A stretch of DNA of 32,000 bases from Erysipelotrichaceae bacterium. Its GTDB lineage: Bacteria; Bacillota_I; Bacilli_A; Erysipelotrichales; Erysipelotrichaceae. Location of the stretch: positions 1 through 32,000 of the forward strand of contig JAUVVC010000003.1 in the NCBI GenBank assembly GCA_030604855.1, given 5' to 3'. A model generated the notes under the pieces. That model searched no databases. It saw only the letters and a program-made list of their open reading frames with translations, and was not told where the DNA came from. Position numbers and translations under genes: made by a program. Each line of letters begins with the position of its first letter. Position 1 is the stretch's first letter. Below are positions 25,374 to 32,000 of the stretch, one piece after another.

Positions 25374-26633
25374 CTAAAAAGCGTGCATATTTGTGTATTC
25401 TTCACAAGTCATCTTCACAGGATAAGCTTGAACAAGCGCATTGAAGGCACTTGGATCACGATAAAGATCACTCAATGTGCTCAATAAGACATACGCAGGA
25501 TAGACCAAAGCCTCTTCCACATTGTCCATTCTGAAATCCATGCCATGGACCAAACCCTTACAACCAGAAAAGCCCAACTGAATCGTAGGCTTGAAAAGGG
25601 ATAAATCACCCATATCACCCGCCGCAAAGGACTTCTGATGATCGACGATGTTTGCTTCTGGTACGACCTTTTTAATGTGGGGCAATAGAAGATCCGACAG
25701 TTCCCTGGATTGAAGCAAAGGCATGTATCCCGTACGATCTTCAATTTCAACACGTGCTTCCATAGCGAGTGCGCAGTGTTTTGCGGTCTCGTTCAAACGC
25801 GCGTTTAAGTTAATGAGTGTATCTGGGTTGATGGAACGCACATAACCTTCCAGAATGGTATGGGCAGGTACAGAGTTCACACTTTCACCCCCTTGCGTCG
25901 TGATCAGATGAAGACGGATGCGATCCTCTTCTTGAAAAGTCTCGCGCAGATAGGCGAAGGCTTGTTGGGTCAACAACTGAGCATTCAGGGCATTGATACC
26001 TTTGTGAGGCATAACCGCCGCATGGGCCGCTTGTCCATAGAAGTGAAGTTTCTTATAAATGAAGCCACTAAGGGAGGCGTTGATCTCCATGCTGGGTTTT
26101 AAGGTTTCTCCCATGGTGTGTACGGATAGAAACGCATCCACATCATCAAAAGCGTTCATTAGAATAAGATTCTGTTTGCCCGATAAAAGTTTTATCTGTC
26201 CATCCGCTTGGAGCTGTAGACGATAGTCCAAATCCACAAACTCTTCAGCCGCAATGCAATATAAACTCAAAGATCCATCAAAGCTTTCATGTTCATTGAA
26301 AAGAGTTAAGACATGCGTAAGAATTGTGGATTGTAAATGATGACCACAGGCATGGGCTGCCCCATCCGGTCCAGCATTGGGATGCTTATGGACGATGAGT
26401 GCATCCATTTCCGCAATCAAAGCGACATGGGGTTTACCTGAGCCGATCGTTACCCTAAAGCCAGAAAGACCATAGTCCTTGGTTATGGAGAGCTGGTGTT
26501 CCTTTAGGTAATCAAGAATGATCTGTCGGGTTTTCTGTTCCTTGAAACCCAATTCAGGTGTATTGAAAAGCGCACTCTCCATCTTCATAAGGGATGTTTT
26601 TGAAGACTCAAGTATGGATGTCCATTTTGTCAT
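25374..26633 (-). CDS. M20D-family amidohydrolase (N-acyl-amino-acid / aminobenzoyl-glutamate hydrolase-like)
   Basis: 419 aa. TPELGFKE, LIAEMDAL and HACGHH are the M20D metal-site motifs as I remember them. SD AAAGAGGA lies 7 nt upstream. Confidence 0.85.
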   Translation of the reverse strand: MTKWTSILESSKTSLMKMESALFNTPELGFKEQKTRQIILDYLKEHQLSITKDYGLSGFRVTIGSGKPHVALIAEMDALIVHKHPNAGPDGAAHACGHHLQSTILTHVLTLFNEHESFDGSLSLYCIAAEEFVDLDYRLQLQADGQIKLLSGKQNLILMNAFDDVDAFLSVHTMGETLKPSMEINASLSGFIYKKLHFYGQAAHAAVMPHKGINALNAQLLTQQAFAYLRETFQEEDRIRLHLITTQGGESVNSVPAHTILEGYVRSINPDTLINLNARLNETAKHCALAMEARVEIEDRTGYMPLLQSRELSDLLLPHIKKVVPEANIVDHQKSFAAGDMGDLSLFKPTIQLGFSGCKGLVHGMDFRMDNVEEALVYPAYVLLSTLSDLYRDPSAFNALVQAYPVKMTCEEYTNMHAF

Positions 26634-26697
26634 GTTTGTATCCTCTTTTAACCCATTTTAACATGAATTATTGTATGATTATAGAAAAGGAGGGCTC

Positions 26698-27279
26698 GTG
26701 AAACCCGTTATCCTACTCGCACATCCGTATTGTAAAAGCTTCAATCACCATGTCAAGGACGTTGTGGTCGAGAGCTTTAAGCAAAAGGGACAAGACCCTG
26801 TTGTGATTGATTTAAGTGAAGAAGGCTTCAACCCTGTATTAAGCACAGAAGACCTGCGCTTGTACATGCGGGGTGAGACTAGTGATCCAAAAGTGTATGA
26901 ATATCAGAAACTTCTAAGTTCTTGTGATGAACTGGTCATCATCTTTCCGATCTGGTGGTACGAAGCACCAGCTCTGCTCAAAGGTTTTTTGGATAAAGTC
27001 TTCTTGCCTGGTTTTGCATTCGATGAGACGGAAGATGGCTTGATGGGTAAACTTGGACACATCCAAAGGACGACCATCCTGACCACTTCTGAAGTCGAAA
27101 CTGAATTCATGCGTGAAAAAGTTGGGAATCCGATTGAAACAAGTCTCTTGGAAACCACCTTTGCGATCTGTGGCATCACACAGGATAAACGCTGGTTGAA
27201 CTGCGAGCACATCGCCAGTGGCAGTGAAATGGAACGACTGCAGTTTTTGGAAAAAGTTAGACTGAGAATTCTCACATAA
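26698..27279 (+). CDS. Flavodoxin-fold NAD(P)H dehydrogenase (quinone)-like oxidoreductase
   Basis: VKPVILLAHP...SFNH and IIFPIWWYEAPALLKGFLDKVFLPGFAF are typical of the Flavodoxin_2 / NQO-like family. GTG start at 26698, 5 nt after AAAGGAGGG. The ORF-track TTG at 26671 would place the SD inside the gene. Confidence 0.8.
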   Translation: MKPVILLAHPYCKSFNHHVKDVVVESFKQKGQDPVVIDLSEEGFNPVLSTEDLRLYMRGETSDPKVYEYQKLLSSCDELVIIFPIWWYEAPALLKGFLDKVFLPGFAFDETEDGLMGKLGHIQRTTILTTSEVETEFMREKVGNPIETSLLETTFAICGITQDKRWLNCEHIASGSEMERLQFLEKVRLRILT

Positions 27280-27313
27280 TTCACCTGTAAAGATGAAATT
27301 TGGGGGGTTTAAG

Positions 27314-27343
27314 TTGACGAATTACCCACAAATTCGTTATAAT
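27314..27343 (+). promoter_or_regulatory. Putative promoter with an embedded inverted-repeat operator upstream of the BMP ABC operon
   Basis: TTGACG (27314-27319), 18-nt spacer, TATAAT (27338-27343). The spacer contains the perfect inverted repeat ACGAATT (27317) N7 AATTCGT (27331). Confidence 0.5.
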
Positions 27344-27410
27344 TCAACTACAATGAAAGCTCTTTCACGAGCACATTAAAACTGTCTGAGAAGACAAGGA
27401 GGAACACGTT

Positions 27411-28499
27411 TTGAAGAAGTTGTTACAATATTTGTTAATCGCCTTCCTTACCGTTGGCGCATTGACCGCATGTTCATCTGCATCTGAAGATCCAAAACCT
27501 GCAGAAGACAAAATGAAAGTTGCGCTCTACATCAATGGCAACCTCGGTGACAAGTCGTTCTTTGACTCTGCGAAAGTGGGTCTGGATGCGGCAGTTGCGG
27601 AACACGGCATTGAAGTGAAGATCGTAGAAGGTGGATCGGATGACACGAAGTGGCAACCTGGTCTACTTGATTTGGCAGATGGCGATTATGACATCATCAT
27701 CGTTGGTACATGGCAGATGGAAACAAACGTTCAGGAAGCTGCAGAATTGTATCCTGACACCAAGTTCATCATCTTCGATACAACCGTACCATTTGATGGC
27801 GGTAAGAATGCAAATGTATACTCGATTCAATACAAACAAAATGAAGGTTCTTATATTGCAGGTTACTTAGCAGCTAAAATGACCAAGACCGGCGTCATCG
27901 GCGGTGTTGGTGGGATGAACATTCCTGTCATCAATGACTTCTTCGTTGGATACATCGAAGGGGCTAAGTTGGCCAATCCGAATATCAAAGTCGCATTATC
28001 TTACATTGACAGCTTCGTTGACTCCGCTAAGGGTAAAGAATTGGCTTTGGCTCAATTCAATTCCAATAAAGCAGACGTCATCTTCCAAGTTGCTGGTAAT
28101 GCAGGTATGGGTGTCTTGGAAGCGGCGGCTGAAGCTGGTTTCCTCGGTATCGGTGTTGACTCCGACCAAGCCACTTTATTAGCTGAAGCAGGCAATACAG
28201 CTACGGCAAACGTCATTCCGACTTCCGTTCTTAAAGATGTCGGGGCTTCATTGAAGCGTGCGATTGATTTGGCGTTAGAAGACAAAGTTCCTTGGGGATC
28301 CAATGAAACTTTAGGTTTCGAAGCGAACTCCGTTGGGATCGCGAAGAACCAATGGTATGAAACAATGGTCGATGCGGCACTCAGAGCTGAACTCGAAACC
28401 ATCGAAGCGGACATCCGTTCCGGTAAGATCGTTGTTGGTTCCGCAATGGGCATGAGCACCGAAGCGCTCGATGCAATCAAAGCATCCGTTCAACCTTAA
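27411..28499 (+). CDS. BMP-family ABC transporter substrate-binding lipoprotein (PnrA/Med-like, nucleoside-type)
   Basis: TTG start 8 nt after AAGGAGG. Signal and lipobox LLIAFLTVGALTAC. Motifs GDKSFFDSA, GGVGGMNIPVINDF, VFQVAGNAGMGV, GVDSDQ are typical of the Bmp family. Confidence 0.9.
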   Translation: MKKLLQYLLIAFLTVGALTACSSASEDPKPAEDKMKVALYINGNLGDKSFFDSAKVGLDAAVAEHGIEVKIVEGGSDDTKWQPGLLDLADGDYDIIIVGTWQMETNVQEAAELYPDTKFIIFDTTVPFDGGKNANVYSIQYKQNEGSYIAGYLAAKMTKTGVIGGVGGMNIPVINDFFVGYIEGAKLANPNIKVALSYIDSFVDSAKGKELALAQFNSNKADVIFQVAGNAGMGVLEAAAEAGFLGIGVDSDQATLLAEAGNTATANVIPTSVLKDVGASLKRAIDLALEDKVPWGSNETLGFEANSVGIAKNQWYETMVDAALRAELETIEADIRSGKIVVGSAMGMSTEALDAIKASVQP

Positions 28500-28544
28500 T
28501 CAGAAACAGCGTATTTTACAAAATATTTAGATCGTTGTTTCGTA

Positions 28545-28576
28545 AAAATACGTAGAACCCTGTTTCTACGTATTTT
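28545..28576 (+). terminator. Stem-loop / partial terminator between the SBP and ATPase genes
   Basis: Perfect 13-bp stem AAAATACGTAGAA / TTCTACGTATTTT, 6-nt loop, followed by CTTT. This is the usual arrangement for over-expressing the SBP relative to the membrane components. Confidence 0.7.
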
Positions 28577-28599
28577 CTTTAATCAAAGAGGGTAAAGTT

Positions 28600-30153
28600 A
28601 TGCAAGAAATTGTCAGAATGGTAGACATCTTAAAGGTCTATCCCAACGGAATCGTTGCGAATCAAAAAGTAAATTTCAGCATCGTCGAAGGTGAGATCCA
28701 TGCCTTGGTCGGTGAGAATGGTGCGGGGAAATCCACACTGATGAAAATTCTTTTTGGGATTGAGCAACCAACTGAGGGAAGCATCGTTCTCAATGGTCAA
28801 GAAGTCAAGTTTTCCAATCCGCAAGAAGCCATCAAGCATGGCATCGGTATGGTTCACCAACATTTCATGTTGGTGCCTTCATTGACGGTTGCGGAAAATA
28901 TCGTCTTAGGGGATGAGCCCAAAAAAGCAGGTGGCTTGTTGGATATTCAAAAGGCCATTGCGGATACGGCTGAAATCGCGAAACGGTATCATTTTGATAT
29001 CGATCCTAAGGCGAAAGTCGAGGATTGCAGTGTCGGGACGAAACAAAAGATTGAAATCTTAAAGGCTTTGTTTCATGGGGCCAAGGTTTTGATTTTGGAT
29101 GAACCGACCGCTGTATTGACACCACAAGAAACCAGTGAGTTGTTTAAGGAATTAATGTTGTTGAAGGATAAGGGACATACGATCGTCTTCATCTCTCATA
29201 AACTCAATGAAGTTAAGGAAATCACTGACCGCATCACCATCATGCGTGCCGGTAAAGATGTGGGGACGTATGATACCGATAAGGTATCTAAGGAAGATAT
29301 CTCGAATTTGATGGTGGGACGTGAAATTGTTTGGGATTTGGATAAGTCCAAGGCTGAGCCAAGAGATGTGGCGGTTCAAGTCGAGAATGTCACCTTGGTC
29401 AATGAGCATAAACGTAAACTCTTGGATGATGTGAATTTCTCCATTCGTAAGGGTGAGATACTGGGCGTCGTTGGGGTTGAAGGCAATGGTCAGCGCGAGT
29501 TGGTCGATGTGTTGACGGGTCTCCAACAAGCCAGTCTTGGGACGATCACCATCAATGGGGAGAACATTCAACGCTATTCGATTCGTAAGATCCGTGATTT
29601 AGGTCTATCGCATATTCCTGAGGATCGCATGACCTTAGGGGTTGCGGAATATGCCAGTATCGAAGAAAACCTCCTTTCGATCTATTTTGATAAACCGGAG
29701 TTCCTTAATGGTCCTTTCATGAAGCTTAAACAGATCAATGCATGGGCTAAGGAAAAAGTTGTGGATTATCGTGTCAAAACGGGTTCCGAAAAGACACCCG
29801 TCAAAATGTTGTCGGGTGGGAATATTCAGAAGGTTGTCGTTGCACGTGAATTTTCAAATAATCCGAAAGTCATCATTGCGGATCAACCGACACGTGGAAT
29901 CGATGTTGGGGCAGCCCAATTCATCCATAAGAAGTTGATTGAGTTGCGCGATAAAGGTTGTGCAGTGCTCTTGGTCTCTGCCGATTTGACGGAAGTCATG
30001 GATTTGAGTGATAGCCTGGTGGTTTTCTACAATGGACGCATCGTTGGGTATTTCGAAGATGCATCCTTGCTAAGTGAAACTGAATTAGGTTTATATATGT
30101 TGGGCTTGAAAGCTCAGAGTGAAGCTGAGATAAGGAGATGTGTGTATGCTTAA
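28600..30153 (+). CDS. ABC transporter ATP-binding protein with duplicated ATPase domains (RbsA/NupA-like)
   Basis: 517 aa. Domain 1 has GENGAGKST and LILDEPTA. Domain 2 has GVEGNGQRE, LSGGNIQK and IIADQPTRGIDV. Confidence 0.9.
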   Translation: MQEIVRMVDILKVYPNGIVANQKVNFSIVEGEIHALVGENGAGKSTLMKILFGIEQPTEGSIVLNGQEVKFSNPQEAIKHGIGMVHQHFMLVPSLTVAENIVLGDEPKKAGGLLDIQKAIADTAEIAKRYHFDIDPKAKVEDCSVGTKQKIEILKALFHGAKVLILDEPTAVLTPQETSELFKELMLLKDKGHTIVFISHKLNEVKEITDRITIMRAGKDVGTYDTDKVSKEDISNLMVGREIVWDLDKSKAEPRDVAVQVENVTLVNEHKRKLLDDVNFSIRKGEILGVVGVEGNGQRELVDVLTGLQQASLGTITINGENIQRYSIRKIRDLGLSHIPEDRMTLGVAEYASIEENLLSIYFDKPEFLNGPFMKLKQINAWAKEKVVDYRVKTGSEKTPVKMLSGGNIQKVVVAREFSNNPKVIIADQPTRGIDVGAAQFIHKKLIELRDKGCAVLLVSADLTEVMDLSDSLVVFYNGRIVGYFEDASLLSETELGLYMLGLKAQSEAEIRRCVYA

Positions 30154-31219
30154 ACAATGGTTAAAGAAGCAATCTGTTGATTCTAAGTTTGAAACCTTAC
30201 GTTTCAGTGTCGCAATCATCATCGCTTTGTTGGTGGCTTTTGGTTTGATTCTCTTGGTCAGTAAAGAACCCTTTGAAGCGTTGAGACATCTGTTCTTAGG
30301 ACCGATTTCAAAATTCAGAAAGATCGGTAATGTCGTAGAGACAGCGATTCCATTGACCTTCTTAGGCTTATCGGTATCGGTCATGTTTTCAGCGAATCAG
30401 TTTAACATGGGTTCGTCAGGAGCCTTATTTATGGGCGGTACGGTCGCAGCCATCGTTGGTTTGACTTTACCTCTCCCGACCGGAATCCATCCGCTTGTCG
30501 CACTTTTGTTCGCAGGGGTTGTGGGTGGAATCATCACTTCCATTCCCGCCATCATCAAGCTTAAGTGGAACGCATCGGAATTGGTCTCATCCTTGATGCT
30601 CAATTTCGTGGCACTCAATCTTGGGCTCTATCTCATCATGAATCATTTCCGGGATCCCGATGCTGGAACCTTGGCATCCTTTAAGTTTCCAGCAACAGCG
30701 TTATTGCCGACCTTAGTCAAAGGAACACGCATTCACTTCGGTATCTTCATCGTCATTTTGATGGTCATCGTGATTTGGTTGTTTTTAGCCAAAACCAAAT
30801 GGGGTTATGCGTTGCGCATGACTGGGATGAACATGAATTTTGCGAAGTATTCGGGTATTTCAACGGCAGCCGTCATTCTCTATTCTCAATTCATTGGGGG
30901 CTTCTTAGCGGGAATGGCTGGAGCTGTCGAAGTCTTAGGGATGTATGATCGTTTTAGATGGCAAATGATGCCGACCTATGCATTTGATGGGGTCATCGTT
31001 GCCGTACTTGGGAAACGGAATCCGATCTTCGTACCGGTAGCGGCCATCTTGTTGGCGTACATCCGTGTTGGGGCGGATACGATGTCGGTGAATTCCGATG
31101 TCAGTTATGAAATGATTTCGATCATTCAAGGCTTCATCATCATCATGATCGCAGCCAATGCGTTCTTGAAACATTATCGTCAGAAAATGGTTGTTAAGGA
31201 GGCGACATCTCATGATTAA
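30146..31219 (+). CDS. ABC transporter permease (BPD_transp_2 type, NupB/YufP-like)
   Basis: Polytopic protein. ATG 30146 lies 8 nt after AAGGAG and overlaps the ATPase stop. Confidence 0.9.
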   Translation: MLKQWLKKQSVDSKFETLRFSVAIIIALLVAFGLILLVSKEPFEALRHLFLGPISKFRKIGNVVETAIPLTFLGLSVSVMFSANQFNMGSSGALFMGGTVAAIVGLTLPLPTGIHPLVALLFAGVVGGIITSIPAIIKLKWNASELVSSLMLNFVALNLGLYLIMNHFRDPDAGTLASFKFPATALLPTLVKGTRIHFGIFIVILMVIVIWLFLAKTKWGYALRMTGMNMNFAKYSGISTAAVILYSQFIGGFLAGMAGAVEVLGMYDRFRWQMMPTYAFDGVIVAVLGKRNPIFVPVAAILLAYIRVGADTMSVNSDVSYEMISIIQGFIIIMIAANAFLKHYRQKMVVKEATSHD

Positions 31220-32000
31220 TCTTTTAACACCTGAATTCTTGTTTACAGTCATTCGTGTCACCACACCGATCTTATTGGCAGCGATGGCTGCGGTCATCTG
31301 TAATAAAGCAGGTGTCGTAAACATAGCGCTTGAAGGGATCATGCTTACCTCTGCCCTTACTGGGGTCTTGATCAGTGGGTTTACACAGAATCTTTGGTTG
31401 GGTGCCTTGGGGGGTATTGTCGGAGGTGTCTTTATTGCCTTCCTATTGGCTTACTTTGCCTTGTATCTAAAGACCGATATCATTCTTGGTGGGATCGCAT
31501 TGAACTTGTTGACCGTAGGGGGCACCGTCTTCGTGATGTTTGCCATTACGGGGGATAAGGGTGCGACAAACTCGGTTCGTTCCCTTCAATTCCCGTCCAT
31601 CAATATTCCATTCATCCAAGACATCCCGATTATTGGGCAGATGTTGTCAGGGCACAATCTCTTGACCTATCTGGCCATTGTGATGGTGTTCTTGGTGTAC
31701 TTCTTACTCTATAAGACGACCTTTGGTTTACGTTTACGGGCTGTTGGGGAGAATCCAGATGCGGCTTCATCGGTTGGGATCGATGTCAATCGCATCCAAC
31801 TCTATGCATTGTTGCTGAGTGGTGTGATCGCGAGCTTCGGGGGCATGTACATGTCCATGGCTTATTTGAAAGTCTTCACCACAAACATGGTTGCTGGTCG
31901 TGGGTATATCGCCCTTGCGGCAGCTGCGATGGGTCAAGCCAATCCAGTGGGTACAAGCATCGCTTCCTTGTTGTTTGGGTTCATGGAATCCTTTGGTTAC
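31212..32000 (+). CDS. ABC transporter permease (NupC/YufQ-like), 5' partial; continues beyond the window
   Basis: Not in the ORF track because there is no stop before the window edge. ATG 31212 overlaps the upstream stop. My translation MINLLTPEFLFTVIRVTTPILLAAMAAVICNKAGVVNIALEGIMLTSAL... stays open to position 32000 and is hydrophobic throughout. Confidence 0.85.
   Translation, partial: MINLLTPEFLFTVIRVTTPILLAAMAAVICNKAGVVNIALEGIMLTSALTGVLISGFTQNLWLGALGGIVGGVFIAFLLAYFALYLKTDIILGGIALNLLTVGGTVFVMFAITGDKGATNSVRSLQFPSINIPFIQDIPIIGQMLSGHNLLTYLAIVMVFLVYFLLYKTTFGLRLRAVGENPDAASSVGIDVNRIQLYALLLSGVIASFGGMYMSMAYLKVFTTNMVAGRGYIALAAAAMGQANPVGTSIASLLFGFMESFGY

Noticed and set aside
1-32000. Searched by eye for CRISPR repeats, tRNA/rRNA, IS elements, integrases, toxin-antitoxin pairs, restriction-modification or other defence genes, and large direct or inverted repeats marking an island boundary.
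   Set aside because: None found. Every long ORF is assignable to transport, sugar or amide catabolism, or regulation, and the intergenic regions contain only promoters, operators and terminators.

Overview
The window looks like a chromosomal, moderately AT-rich Firmicutes-type (Bacillota) region: GGAGG-type Shine-Dalgarno sites, LTAC lipoboxes, some TTG/GTG starts, and PTS systems with PRD and GntR regulators. It is a mosaic of nutrient-uptake and catabolic modules. (1) A sialic-acid module: nanE, nanA and a CE7 acetylesterase, followed by a five-gene Opp/Dpp-type ABC importer. (2) An OmpR-type two-component system. (3) A galactitol-family PTS island with a PfkB sugar-phosphate kinase, two FucA/AraD-family class II aldolase-like proteins, a tiny membrane ORF, a histidine phosphatase and a 700-aa PRD/HTH regulator. 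(4) A GntR-controlled mannose-family PTS (IIB, IIC, IID, no IIA) plus a double-SIS sugar-phosphate isomerase/deglycase. (5) On the minus strand, an M20D amidohydrolase followed by two overlapping GntR/HutC paralogs. (6) A flavodoxin-fold NAD(P)H oxidoreductase. (7) A BMP-family (nucleoside-type) ABC importer that runs off the 3' edge. I saw no tRNA/rRNA, CRISPR array, transposase, integrase, phage or recognisable defence genes, so I cannot point to a wholly new multi-gene system. The most unusual signal is that the binding lipoprotein of the Opp/Dpp-type importer appears to be a clean circular permutation of the family-5 SBP fold. Next are a CE7 esterase carrying a catalytically dead internal duplicate domain, the unassigned PTS-Gat/kinase/FucA-like pathway, and the tandem GntR pair whose second member has an acidic recognition helix. 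All functional calls rest on motif recognition by eye; no database search was run.
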